64,000 nt of DNA from contig OZ240248.1 of assembly GCA_965198235.1 (NCBI GenBank), positions 288,001 through 352,000 on the forward strand, given 5' to 3'. A program made the position numbers and the translations under genes. Positions 28,340 through 38,129 of the stretch are shown here, one piece after another. Positions within the stretch are counted from its first letter, which is position 1; each line of letters begins with the position of its first letter. The notes under the pieces are model-generated. The model was not told the origin of the DNA, did not search any database, and saw nothing but the letters and a program-made list of their open reading frames with translations. This DNA is from Candidatus Poribacteria bacterium (lineage in GTDB: Bacteria > Poribacteria > WGA-4E > WGA-3G).

Positions 28340-29692
28340 ATGAATATCGTCTTTCTATTTTCAGATGAACACGCCGGAGCTGTGATGGGGAATAGCGGGC
28401 ATCCGGTTGTCCGCACGCCTCATCTTGACCGCCTTGCCGAACAGAGTTACACCTTCGACAACGCCTATTGCAATAGCCCAATCTGTACGCCTTCACGTTT
28501 ATCATTGCTCACCGGACGTTATCCGCATCAAATTGGAGCATGGGATTTGGGAGCAATTGCGGATCGGCAGTACCAAACGTGGGGCGATTACTTGGCGGAG
28601 GTGGGTTATGAGACTGTGTTGTGCGGACGGACGCATTTCAATGGAACTGACCGACTGCTCGGCTTTTCTGACCGCTTGCTGGACGACTTGCCTCGATGGT
28701 GCAACGCAACTGGACGACCCCCACGACGCACGCCAGACGAACGGCGAGGTTCCAACTCACACGTCGCCGAGTGTGGACCCGGAGACCACGAACACACGAG
28801 GTATGACAAAAACGTCTCAAACTTGGCAGTGGATTTCCTTCGCGAAAAAGCGGCTTCGCCGGACGACAAACCCTTCCTGCTCTATTGCGGATTTATGCAC
28901 CCACACTTTCCACTGATCGCACCGCCCGAATTCTTCTCACAGTATGACCCGGACACACTCGAATTGCCTGCCACGTGGAACGAACCGCTTGCGTCACAAC
29001 ATCCCATAATCCAACACCACCGTTGGGCGTGGCGGAACGACATCCCTCCACCTGAATCCGTTGTGCGTTGTGCATTAGCCTCCTACTACGCGCTCGTTTC
29101 ATCTCTCGATGCGCAAGTTGGAAAGATACTACAAGCAATTGATACGTCGCCCTTACGCGAAAAGACAGTTGTCATCTATACCAGCGATCACGGCGAGATG
29201 GCAGGACACCACGGTATCTGGCAGAAGCAGTGCTTCTACGAACCTGCAGTGAGAGTGCCGTTGATGCTTCGCCTGCCTTCAGGCGAAAGCGGTCGCGTGG
29301 CACAAAACGTTTCCTTAGTAGATGTTTTACCGACCTTGTTGGAAATCGTTGGTCTGGGAACTTCCTCTGATTTACCGGGCGACAGTTTGCTGGAGATAGC
29401 CCGACACCAAGCAGATGAGACAACACGCGCTGTCTTTTCAGAATATCATCATAGCGGTATGCTTAACGCCGGTTTCATGCTCAAGCGTGGAGATTACAAA
29501 TTGTGTCATTACGTCGGGAGCGAACCGCAACTGTTCAATGTGGACGCTGACCCCTTGGAGAACGATGACTTGGCATCGAAGCCTGAATATGCAGTAAGAC
29601 GTAGTGAAATGGAAATCGCTTTGCATGCGATCCTTGATCCAGAACGAGAAAACGCACGAGCAAAAGAGAATCAACGGGTGCGTAGAACATAG
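28340..29692 (+). CDS. Sulfatase (choline-sulfatase-like)
   Basis: NIVFLFSDEH, CTPSRLSLLTG, PHFP, SDHGEM. Confidence 0.92.
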   Translation: MNIVFLFSDEHAGAVMGNSGHPVVRTPHLDRLAEQSYTFDNAYCNSPICTPSRLSLLTGRYPHQIGAWDLGAIADRQYQTWGDYLAEVGYETVLCGRTHFNGTDRLLGFSDRLLDDLPRWCNATGRPPRRTPDERRGSNSHVAECGPGDHEHTRYDKNVSNLAVDFLREKAASPDDKPFLLYCGFMHPHFPLIAPPEFFSQYDPDTLELPATWNEPLASQHPIIQHHRWAWRNDIPPPESVVRCALASYYALVSSLDAQVGKILQAIDTSPLREKTVVIYTSDHGEMAGHHGIWQKQCFYEPAVRVPLMLRLPSGESGRVAQNVSLVDVLPTLLEIVGLGTSSDLPGDSLLEIARHQADETTRAVFSEYHHSGMLNAGFMLKRGDYKLCHYVGSEPQLFNVDADPLENDDLASKPEYAVRRSEMEIALHAILDPERENARAKENQRVRRT

Positions 29693-29709
29693 GTTGGGAT
29701 ACCTAACTG

Positions 29710-30771
29710 TTAAACTTCGCCGTCCCAATAACTCAGGCTTGGGTCCTTACGATAAATCTTCCCAACGACATAAGGCAAGACCTTGTTAGAATCCGGGTAT
29801 TCACTCACATCGTGCGGTGTAGTCGTGCCGAGAATGAATAACGTGACCGGCGCATCGCTGCTATTTACAAACTTATGTGCCCCGATTGTGCCAGGTGGAA
29901 ACGCGAGGAAGTCACCCTCATTTACCTCTACATCACCTCGCGGGGTTTTGAGTGTGCAGGCACCCTTCATAACATAGCACATCTCCTCCCCGAAATTGTG
30001 GAAATGCATTGGGAAACTCATCTTACCGGGTTGTAGCCGAATCACGCGATACCCTAAATTCTTGCCACCGATGAGCGGGTCTATGTCTTTATCCTCAAAG
30101 TCGTAAGGGTGTGGCGCGTTTTTATGCTGCCACGCGATTTCATCGATATGAATGCGGTTGATGTAGATGTCGCGCCGCGCTTGCAGGCAATCAACGAGGT
30201 ATTGGCGCGCATCTTTAAAAATGGAGTGCCCGTCACCGACGAGGATTGTATTGAATCGGAGTGCCAAAATTTTGCGCAATTCAAGTGCGGCTTTCGGAGG
30301 ATCGCTCAGTTTACCATCGGCGAGCAGCGTCAGCGCGCCCATCGGTTCACCGACCACGAGATCCCCGAACAGGACGGTCTGTTTCTCTGGAAAATAGAGC
30401 GCGATTTCGCCAGGGCTTTTTCCGTGACTGAGATGGATGGCATGTAAACCGGGAACAATTGCCTCACGGTCCTGAACCGTTCGGGTCGGTGTGATGTTCA
30501 GCGCATCGGCATCGGCATCATGCACAATCACGTCGGCACCTGTCCATTCCTGAAAGGCAGCGGCTTCGCGTTCATGATCGGCGTTGGTCAGAACGATCAA
30601 CTTCGCGCCGCCGAGTGCTTTCAGGTGTTCTCGGTCCTCATCGGACATTGGCACCGGGTCTATTAGGATATTTCCATCCGGACCCACCCACAAATGTCCA
30701 TTAAAGTCTATCTGCCGTTCCGGACTAAAGACTCCCCAACTGTACATATCTTCAAAAATCAAGCGTTTCAT
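29710..30771 (-). CDS. Metallo-beta-lactamase-fold plus cupin fusion protein
   Basis: LIDP, LTNADHER, GKSPG, GD, VGDG in the N-half; PMHFHNFGEE..AHKFVN cupin in the C-half. Confidence 0.78.
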   Translation of the reverse strand: MKRLIFEDMYSWGVFSPERQIDFNGHLWVGPDGNILIDPVPMSDEDREHLKALGGAKLIVLTNADHEREAAAFQEWTGADVIVHDADADALNITPTRTVQDREAIVPGLHAIHLSHGKSPGEIALYFPEKQTVLFGDLVVGEPMGALTLLADGKLSDPPKAALELRKILALRFNTILVGDGHSIFKDARQYLVDCLQARRDIYINRIHIDEIAWQHKNAPHPYDFEDKDIDPLIGGKNLGYRVIRLQPGKMSFPMHFHNFGEEMCYVMKGACTLKTPRGDVEVNEGDFLAFPPGTIGAHKFVNSSDAPVTLFILGTTTPHDVSEYPDSNKVLPYVVGKIYRKDPSLSYWDGEV

Positions 30772-30856
30772 TTTTAAATTATTCCTTGCGGTTAAGGCAC
30801 ACTGCTTTGGAATGTAACGGTTTTTTCCGAAACCCGCTTTCCACTTCGTTTCAAGC
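30772..30856 (-). repeat. E2 repeat abutting ATG
   Basis: GCTTGAAACGAAGTGGAAAGC ... ACCGCAAGGAATAATTTAAAA-ATG. Confidence 0.75.
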
Positions 30857-30882
30857 TATGTAATTTGACTTCTTTTAATTAC

Positions 30883-31416
30883 TCATTGTTGTTTTCCCTT
30901 TGAGACGAATCCGTAGACCTCAATTTCGTGTATGAAAGCTTTACCTAACGTCATTTGCGGCACAATGACACCGCGCCTCGGATCATACTGATTGGCTTTC
31001 TTTTCATCATCGGTAGTGCCCGTGATGTAGATGCGGATGGCATCCGCCACAGCACCACTAACCCGTCCATCAATAACCGGACTCTGATTATATTCGATCT
31101 GTTGAATTGCGCGCCAATGTCCTTCGCCTTCTAATTTTTGGTATATTATCGCTCTTGTAATGTTAGTCCCACGGATAATAATGCGGTGGATGGCTTTGCG
31201 AGCCGGTAAGTTTAGATGGATCCACTGTCCATCAGCGTATCCTTTCGTTTTTACATCATCGTCTATCATTTCTGGTGAGGTGCAGGTGACACCTTCTGTG
31301 ACGGCGTAGTTGTAAAGTTCCTGCGGTTCAAAAATCATCTGCAGCACCTTAGATTGGCATCCTAAGAGGACTGTAACCGCGCAAATTACTGGAAAGATAA
31401 AGAGGTAACGTCGCAT
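30883..31416 (-). CDS. Predicted lipoprotein, discoidin/F5-8-like; tandem paralog 1
   Basis: Lipobox LLGC; C-terminal IHEIEVYG. Confidence 0.75.
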   Translation of the reverse strand: MRRYLFIFPVICAVTVLLGCQSKVLQMIFEPQELYNYAVTEGVTCTSPEMIDDDVKTKGYADGQWIHLNLPARKAIHRIIIRGTNITRAIIYQKLEGEGHWRAIQQIEYNQSPVIDGRVSGAVADAIRIYITGTTDDEKKANQYDPRRGVIVPQMTLGKAFIHEIEVYGFVSKGKQQ

Positions 31417-31527
31417 CTTTTCCTCCCGCAGGGTGTTTCATTTTTCGGGATATTATATCGCGTTTTCACTTTTCTTTAAAGCGGAATTTCACGAAAAGCG
31501 TTGTTTTAAAACTACAGTCGATATTCA

Positions 31528-32061
31528 CTATGGGGACCCTTCCTTTGAAACGAGTCCATAAACCTCAAATTCATGTATAAAAGCTCTGCCCAACGCTATC
31601 TGTGGTATGATTAGACCGCGCCTTGCATCATACCGATTGGCTTTCTTTCTATCATCGGCGGTGCCACTGATATAGACACGGATGGCATCCGTCACGACAC
31701 CGCTGACGCGCATTTTAATGATTGGACTCTCGTTGTTCTGGATTTGCATAATGGCACGCCAACGTCCTTCACCTTCCAATTTCTCGTATATCATAGCATT
31801 TATAATATTGGTCCCATGGATGGTAATCCGGTGAATTGCCTTTTGTGTTGGCAAGTTTAGGTGAATCCACCGTCCATCAGCATATCCCTTTGTCTTCACA
31901 TCGCCATCTATCATTTCTGGTGAGGTGCAGGTGACCCCTTCCATGGCGGCGTAGTTGTAAAGTTCCTGTGGTTCAATCAGCATCTGCAGTGCCTTGGATT
32001 GGCATCCTGCCGAAAGCGTGACAGCACAGAACACTGTGAAAATAGAAAGGTAACGTTTCAT
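31528..32061 (-). CDS. Predicted lipoprotein, discoidin/F5-8-like; tandem paralog 2
   Basis: Lipobox SAGC; same length (177 aa) and colinear with paralog 1. Confidence 0.75.
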   Translation of the reverse strand: MKRYLSIFTVFCAVTLSAGCQSKALQMLIEPQELYNYAAMEGVTCTSPEMIDGDVKTKGYADGRWIHLNLPTQKAIHRITIHGTNIINAMIYEKLEGEGRWRAIMQIQNNESPIIKMRVSGVVTDAIRVYISGTADDRKKANRYDARRGLIIPQIALGRAFIHEFEVYGLVSKEGSP

Positions 32062-32220
32062 CTCTTTCCTCCTACTCTATGGCTCCGCTTTTCAGAATAT
32101 TATACCCTATTTCCGTTTTCTTTGAATTGGAATTTTGCAGAGGTATTCAATTCTACTGTAGGAGAGGGAATGCCCAAGCAAAACACTCCGAAAATGTCTC
32201 TGGGAATTTCATGATAATCG

Positions 32221-32249
32221 TTGCTTTAAAAGTGCACTCGACCTATAAT
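32221..32249 (+). promoter_or_regulatory. Sigma70-type promoter
   Basis: TTGCTT-17 bp-TATAAT upstream of the AAGGAG RBS. Confidence 0.55.
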
Positions 32250-32286
32250 GTACTATCTGGATTTATAAGTAAAAGGAGACAGCACA

Positions 32287-33324
32287 ATGTACAAAAGTGC
32301 AATTTTAGGATGTCGGGGACGTGCCCGCGGACACGCACGCGCATATCAACACGTCAAGGGCGGTAAACTTGCTGCTATTTGCGACATGCAGGAAGATCTA
32401 CTCAACGATTTCGGAGATGAGTTCGGCATTGATGCTCGTTATACCGATCTCGATGAGATGCTTTCAAAGGAGAAACCGGATCTCCTGCACATTGTTACGG
32501 CGCCCGTGCTGCGCGGCAGTAATAAACGCATCCGCTACCCGCTGATGAACCAAGCCTCTGAACACGGCGTACCTGCAGCGATTGTTGAAAAACCGATTGC
32601 TGTGGAGAGCGAAGATTGGCGGCAGATTTCTGAACTTGCTCAACGCACCAAAACGAAATTCGTCGTTAACACGCAACTCAATTTCCATCCGCAGAATCTT
32701 ACCCTCAAGCGTGATGTTGCGGAAGGCAAAATCGGTGCGATTAAATTTATTGAAGCAAGCGCGCGCAACCCACCCGTCGACCAGGCACCGCACGTCCTAC
32801 AACTCGTGTCGTCCTATATTGACAACTCGCGACCCGTGAAGGTGCAGGGACAAATCTCCGGTGCGGAACAACTCGATTCCGCGCAACCTTCGCCTGCGAA
32901 TGCGACTGCTTTGGTTACTTACGCAAACGGCGTGCAAGTCTCAGTTGCATTCGGACCCGAGATGGCACCCCGTGTGCTACCGGATACCGGAAACAACCGA
33001 CATAAGCGTGTATGCGTCTTTGGTGAACAAGGCTTCGTCCACTGGCGGTTTGAAAGTTGGGAACGGAATCTACCCGGTAGCGGTTACGAAGGCGGCGATC
33101 TGAGTTACGGCGCACAAGATGTCATCGCCCAAGGTGGACTCACAGACGCAGTGTTTGACTGGCTTGACGATGAGAGCAAGGAGCATCCGACCCACTTGAA
33201 ACAATCTCTTGCGGAATTCAACCTATTGTTGGGAATTTACTATAGCGGTTTGACGAACACCGTCGTTGAATTACCGTTTGATCCGCCTGATGGTATGATT
33301 GACATGTTCAGAGAACGGCTTTAA
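32287..33324 (+). CDS. Gfo/Idh/MocA family oxidoreductase
   Basis: AILGCRGR, AAICD, PDLLHIVT, VEKP. Confidence 0.88.
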   Translation: MYKSAILGCRGRARGHARAYQHVKGGKLAAICDMQEDLLNDFGDEFGIDARYTDLDEMLSKEKPDLLHIVTAPVLRGSNKRIRYPLMNQASEHGVPAAIVEKPIAVESEDWRQISELAQRTKTKFVVNTQLNFHPQNLTLKRDVAEGKIGAIKFIEASARNPPVDQAPHVLQLVSSYIDNSRPVKVQGQISGAEQLDSAQPSPANATALVTYANGVQVSVAFGPEMAPRVLPDTGNNRHKRVCVFGEQGFVHWRFESWERNLPGSGYEGGDLSYGAQDVIAQGGLTDAVFDWLDDESKEHPTHLKQSLAEFNLLLGIYYSGLTNTVVELPFDPPDGMIDMFRERL

Positions 33325-33338
33325 AAGGCACACCCCTC

Positions 33339-34493
33339 GTGAATAACATCATCTACATGGACAACCACGCTACAACGCCAATTGCCCCTGAAGTTTTAGA
33401 GGCGATGATGCCTTACCTCACCACGCACTTCGGCAACGCTTCCAGCACGCATCCATTCGGTGTTACGGCGAAGGACGCAGTGGACAAGGCGCGTCAGCAG
33501 GTCGCTGAACTGCTCGGTTGTTCAGGAGAAGAGATTGTCTTTACCAGCGGCGCGACTGAATCGGACAATCTCGCTATCAGGGGGATCGCTTACGCCTGTA
33601 GGGACAGGGGAAACCACATCATCACAAGCACCGCGGAGCATCACGCAATTCTCGATACATGCCACGCCTTGGCGACAGAGGGATTTGAAACCACGTATCT
33701 TCCAGTAGACAAATATGGAATGGTGAGTCCTGACGACGTGGAAGCTGCCATTACACCGAAGACGATTTTGATGAGTTTCATGTATGCGAATAACGAGGTT
33801 GGCACGATAAACCCGATTGCCGATATTGCCATTGTCGCTGCCAAGCACGGTGTGCTTTTCCATTCAGATGCGGTGCAAGGAATCGGGCAGCTGCCATCGG
33901 ACATGGAGAGGCTCGGTGTGAATCTCGCATCCCTGACGGCGCACAAGATTTATGGACCAAAGGGGATCGGCGCGCTTTACATCCGGCGAAATGGTTCTCG
34001 ACCGCATTCGCTTTTCCACGGTGGTGGACAGGAAGATGGAGTTCGACCCGGTACTTTAAACGTCGCTGGAATTGTCGGCTTAGGGGCAGCATGTGAACTT
34101 GCTAAAAACTACATGGAGAAGGGAAAAAACTGCGTGGCGACCTTGCGGGACTCACTCCATCAGAAGTTAAACGCGCGTTTGGAGGACATTCATCTCAATG
34201 GACACCCTGAACAGCGGCTACCGGGCAATCTGAATCTCTGTTTTGCAGATGTGCAGAGCCATGCCCTACTAATGGGACTTAAGCGCGTCGCGGTGTCAAC
34301 TGGGTCGGCATGTGATTCTGAGTCGGTGAAGGCATCGCATGTCTTGGTTGCGATGGGGATTCCAAATGAACTGGCGTTGACTGCTATCCGTTTCGGCTTG
34401 GGACGTTACAACACCGCGGAAGAGGTTGATGTTGTCGCCGATGAGGTCGTAAAAGTTGTCAATCGGTTGCGCGAGTTGGCACCTGAATGGTGA
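33339..34493 (+). CDS. iscS: Cysteine desulfurase (IscS/NifS type)
   Basis: YMDNHATTP, FTSGATESDN, NNEVGT, HSDAVQ, TAHKIYGPKG, STGSAC. Confidence 0.92.
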   Translation: MNNIIYMDNHATTPIAPEVLEAMMPYLTTHFGNASSTHPFGVTAKDAVDKARQQVAELLGCSGEEIVFTSGATESDNLAIRGIAYACRDRGNHIITSTAEHHAILDTCHALATEGFETTYLPVDKYGMVSPDDVEAAITPKTILMSFMYANNEVGTINPIADIAIVAAKHGVLFHSDAVQGIGQLPSDMERLGVNLASLTAHKIYGPKGIGALYIRRNGSRPHSLFHGGGQEDGVRPGTLNVAGIVGLGAACELAKNYMEKGKNCVATLRDSLHQKLNARLEDIHLNGHPEQRLPGNLNLCFADVQSHALLMGLKRVAVSTGSACDSESVKASHVLVAMGIPNELALTAIRFGLGRYNTAEEVDVVADEVVKVVNRLRELAPEW

Positions 34494-34497
34494 GGTC

Positions 34498-34725
34498 CTA
34501 AGTACTCTGCTCCGCTTGTGGGTGATTTTTGGCTGTGTGTTTGGCAATCAATTCACGCACGGCAGGCACCAATTCTATGGGAACCTCTATCAGTATGCTG
34601 GATTCGTCCTCGAATGCCGCTTCATCTTCGGCAACAGCTTCATTCTCGGTCTGTTGCTCGTAGTGGGCAATGACGCTCTGGACCCGTTCTTCGTCCCAAC
34701 CCGGGGGAAATTTATTTTCTTTCAT
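34498..34725 (-). CDS. Putative antitoxin partner
   Basis: Acidic 75-aa protein overlapping the upstream gene by 4 bp. Confidence 0.6.
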   Translation of the reverse strand: MKENKFPPGWDEERVQSVIAHYEQQTENEAVAEDEAAFEDESSILIEVPIELVPAVRELIAKHTAKNHPQAEQST

Positions 34726-35009
34726 CGTCTGTCTTTCCTTCTTTGTCGCCGACGGTACGCCGTCAAAGGTTTTCCGCTTAATTCGTAAGCTGTAACCACA
34801 AAAACACTATTAGGTTGTCTATCCTCAACATAGACAATTCGTAAGTAGCGACCACTTTGTGTTTGACCTATGACCACTTTTGATCGTCTGTCTCCTGACC
34901 TTTTTTCACCAGGATTTAGCAAAACCTCCTCTACCTCATCCTCAGTAACGCCGTGGTTATAAATATGGGGTAAGCCAGTCTCCGGATCGCTGTAAAAGCG
35001 GATGTTCAT
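34722..35009 (-). CDS. BrnT/DUF4258-like toxin
   Basis: HIYNHGVTEDEVEEVL, IGQTQSGRYLRIVY, VVTAY, basic C-terminus. Confidence 0.72.
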   Translation of the reverse strand: MNIRFYSDPETGLPHIYNHGVTEDEVEEVLLNPGEKRSGDRRSKVVIGQTQSGRYLRIVYVEDRQPNSVFVVTAYELSGKPLTAYRRRQRRKDRR

Positions 35010-35043
35010 TTGCTTCCTAACTATTCATTGATAAATTAGAATA

Positions 35044-35136
35044 ATTATAGCATAGATCAAATCCAGATTGCAAAAGATATTGCCCAATTGCCCAATTTGT
35101 AGAACTGTTGCAATTTTCCTGATAATATGCTATACT
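35044..35136. promoter_or_regulatory. Divergent sigma70-type promoters
   Basis: Plus strand TTGCAA-17-TATACT (35108-35136); minus strand TTGCAA-18-TATAAT (35073-35044). Confidence 0.55.
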
Positions 35137-35182
35137 CTCAATTATTGAACCTTATCCTAAGCACATAGTACGGGAATCTCGT

Positions 35183-35788
35183 ATGTCATCTGTTGCAGCC
35201 CAAACCTACCTAACCCCAGAGGAATATATCGCTGCCGAACGGAAGGCGACGCTCAAAAGCGAGTACCTCAGCGGCGAGATCGTCGCAATGTCCGGTGCCA
35301 GTAACGAACATAATCTTATCACGATGAATACGGCAAACGGACTTTACAACCAAGTGACGGGGCGAGGATGCAGAGTCTATGCTAGCGATATGCGCATCGG
35401 AATTGGCACAGGGGTTTCTTACTTCTATCCGGATGTCGCTGTCGTCTGTGATGAACCCCGTTTTGAGGATGATGCTTTCGATACACTCATTAATCCACAG
35501 GTCATCGTTGAAGTGCTGTCTCCGGCAACCAAGGCGTATGACAGAGGTGAGAAGTCTGCACGCTATCGGCAACTGGAATCACTCCAAGAATACATCCTTA
35601 TTTCACAGGATCAGGTTCATGTCGAACACTATCTCCGTCAAGGTAAACAATGGGTACTCAGCGAATTTAGCGCACTTGAGAACGTGTTGCCACTCGTTTC
35701 AATTGGGGCAGAACCCTCCTTACGTCAGATTTACAGATTCGTTGAATTTGAAACCGATGCCGCCGTTCAAACTACTCGTAGTGTCTAA
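35183..35788 (+). CDS. Uma2 family endonuclease
   Basis: EYLSGEIVAMSGAS..H, YPDVAV, VEVLSP, DRGEK, EYILI. Confidence 0.9.
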   Translation: MSSVAAQTYLTPEEYIAAERKATLKSEYLSGEIVAMSGASNEHNLITMNTANGLYNQVTGRGCRVYASDMRIGIGTGVSYFYPDVAVVCDEPRFEDDAFDTLINPQVIVEVLSPATKAYDRGEKSARYRQLESLQEYILISQDQVHVEHYLRQGKQWVLSEFSALENVLPLVSIGAEPSLRQIYRFVEFETDAAVQTTRSV

Positions 35789-35805
35789 AAGAGGAAACCC
35801 GTCTC

Positions 35806-37905
35806 ATGCTGACTGTTGAGCAACTCACTGCTTGTGAATTGGAAAAAGTAGAGGCATCGAAAATAGCCGAAGCCGTTAATCGGATATTGGAGACGCAATC
35901 TCCGACTGCCTGTTGGTACGAGATTTCACGCTATATTCTCACGCCACACCACCCGTTCGCGCTCCACCAATTGCTTTATGAGACGGTGTATGCCGACTTT
36001 GATCGCGCAACCTATGGACCACCGCCTGCATGGTTTCCTACGGACGAAGACATCACCGAAGCAAATATCACCCATCTAATGGCGACTTTAAACCTGAAAA
36101 CGTACCGCGAACTCCACGCTTGGACAGTGCGGAATCGGGACACATTTTGGCAGACGATGATTGATGCATTGGGCATTAAGACGGCATCTACAAACACCGA
36201 GGCACAACAAGACGCAACAGGCATCGCAACAACCCTTCATGAACTCAACATCGTCGAGAGCTGCTTCAGCGCGCCTCCTGATGCTATTGCGATTGTTACA
36301 CAACGAGAAAACGCCGAAAATCTGGAAACATTCACCTATCACGAACTGGAGTCCCTCACCAATCGCGTCGCGAACGGACTTGTCGAAATCGGTATGAGGC
36401 AAGGCGACGCGGTGGCAGTCGACATGCCGATGAATGCCGAATCTGTCGCTATCTATCTGGGGATCGTCAAAGCGGGATGTGTTGTTGTTGGCATCGCTGA
36501 TAGTTTTGCGCCGGATGAGATAGCCACCCGTCTCCGTATCGGTAATGTCAAAGCAATCTTTACACAGGATTATATCAACAGGGCAGGTAAACGCCTCCCG
36601 TTGTATGAGAAAGTAATCGCCGCAAACGCACCAAAAGCGATCGTATTTAGTGCAGCTGGCAAGCTAAATCTTGCTATAGAAAAGCCGTCTGAAGGCGGTG
36701 ACACGGTCGCACAGTCCCTACGCGAAGGTGATATGACATGGAGCGACTTTCTGAGTGACACGGAAACCTTTACCGCTGTTCCCTGCCATCCTGATGCACA
36801 TACCAATATCCTCTTCTCCTCCGGGACCACTGGCGAACCGAAGGCGATCCCGTGGACGCATACCACCCCGATCAAATGTGCTGCGGATGCCTATCTACAC
36901 CACGACATTCACGCCAACGACGTGTTGGCATGGCACACAAACCTCGGCTGGATGATGGGACCGTGGCTCATCTACGCCAGCCTCATCAACAAAGCCACTA
37001 TCGCTTTATACGATGGCGTGCCGACCGGGCGCGACTTCGGTGTTTTTGTCCAGAACGCGAAAGTCAGCATGCTCGGTGTCGTACCTACCCTCGTTCGGGC
37101 GTGGAAAAATACAGAATGTATGCACGGACTGGACTGGCACGCGATCCGAGCCTTCAGTTCAACAGGTGAATGCTCTAATCCAGAGGAGATGCTTTACCTC
37201 ATGTCCTTGGCGGGTTATAAACCGGTGATAGAGTATTGCGGCGGCACCGAGATCGGAGGCGGTTATGTCACCGGCACTCGGATTCAACCCGCTGCGCCTT
37301 CGACCTTTACAACGCCAGCACTCGGTTTAGATTTCCTACTCTACAATGATCATGGGAACCCCTCTGACAACGGTGAAGTTTTCATCGTTCCGCCCTCTCT
37401 TGGTCTCTCCACGAGCCTGCTTAATGCTGACCACGATGAAGTTTACTTTGCAGGGACACCGCGTCCCGATTTGCGCCGCCACGGCGATGCAATTGAAAGG
37501 TTAGGCAAAAGACTCGAAAGTGAGCCATGGCTTGCAGGAATTAAATATCGGGTTCACGGACGCGTTGACGATACGATGAACCTGAGCGGTATCAAGGTGA
37601 GTTCCGCAGAGATTGAAGAAGTTCTTAACGTTGTTGATGGGATACAGGAGACAGCGGCGGTCGCTGTCTCACCGGAAGACGGCGGTCCCAGCCAACTCGT
37701 CATCTATACTGTGCTGGCGGCATCGGAATCTGGGAAACCAACAAAACAGGAGATTCATGATGCGTTGCAAGTCGCGCTCTCCCAACATCTCAACCCATTG
37801 TTCAGAATTCACGATGTCGTTATAGTGGATGCGTTGCCACGAACAGCCTCTAATAAGGTGATGCGTCGGTTGCTGCGTCAGCATTGTCCCGCAAGTTTCC
37901 TATAG
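35806..37905 (+). CDS. AMP-binding acyl-CoA ligase (acetate-CoA ligase-like)
   Basis: LFSSGTTGEPK, NLGWMMGPW, EYCGGTE, GRVDD, PRTASNK. Confidence 0.88.
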   Translation: MLTVEQLTACELEKVEASKIAEAVNRILETQSPTACWYEISRYILTPHHPFALHQLLYETVYADFDRATYGPPPAWFPTDEDITEANITHLMATLNLKTYRELHAWTVRNRDTFWQTMIDALGIKTASTNTEAQQDATGIATTLHELNIVESCFSAPPDAIAIVTQRENAENLETFTYHELESLTNRVANGLVEIGMRQGDAVAVDMPMNAESVAIYLGIVKAGCVVVGIADSFAPDEIATRLRIGNVKAIFTQDYINRAGKRLPLYEKVIAANAPKAIVFSAAGKLNLAIEKPSEGGDTVAQSLREGDMTWSDFLSDTETFTAVPCHPDAHTNILFSSGTTGEPKAIPWTHTTPIKCAADAYLHHDIHANDVLAWHTNLGWMMGPWLIYASLINKATIALYDGVPTGRDFGVFVQNAKVSMLGVVPTLVRAWKNTECMHGLDWHAIRAFSSTGECSNPEEMLYLMSLAGYKPVIEYCGGTEIGGGYVTGTRIQPAAPSTFTTPALGLDFLLYNDHGNPSDNGEVFIVPPSLGLSTSLLNADHDEVYFAGTPRPDLRRHGDAIERLGKRLESEPWLAGIKYRVHGRVDDTMNLSGIKVSSAEIEEVLNVVDGIQETAAVAVSPEDGGPSQLVIYTVLAASESGKPTKQEIHDALQVALSQHLNPLFRIHDVVIVDALPRTASNKVMRRLLRQHCPASFL

Positions 37906-37981
37906 AGGCTTGCGCCAGCGAAAAATTGGACTTCACATTTGTTCAACCCCGCCGACTCTCACTGCGAGGCAACACGCGGAG

Positions 37982-38025
37982 ATGTAATACAAGGAATGGA
38001 TTTAGTCTATCTCCAGACCAAATCC
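37982..38025 (+). repeat. 44-bp hairpin repeat R5; inverted copy at 63891-63934
   Basis: ATGTAATACAAGGAATGGATTTAGTCT..AGAC(C/T)AAATCC. Confidence 0.8.
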
Positions 38026-38066
38026 GGCGTTGATTCCCTACGATTGCATTCTAAATCCTATCGGAT

Positions 38067-38095
38067 TTGACAATTTTCCAACCGCATGCTACTAT
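38067..38095 (+). promoter_or_regulatory. Sigma70-type promoter
   Basis: TTGACA-17-TACTAT. Confidence 0.5.
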
Positions 38096-38129
38096 TTTAG
38101 CAATTCACGCCAATAAATGGAGTCACACC

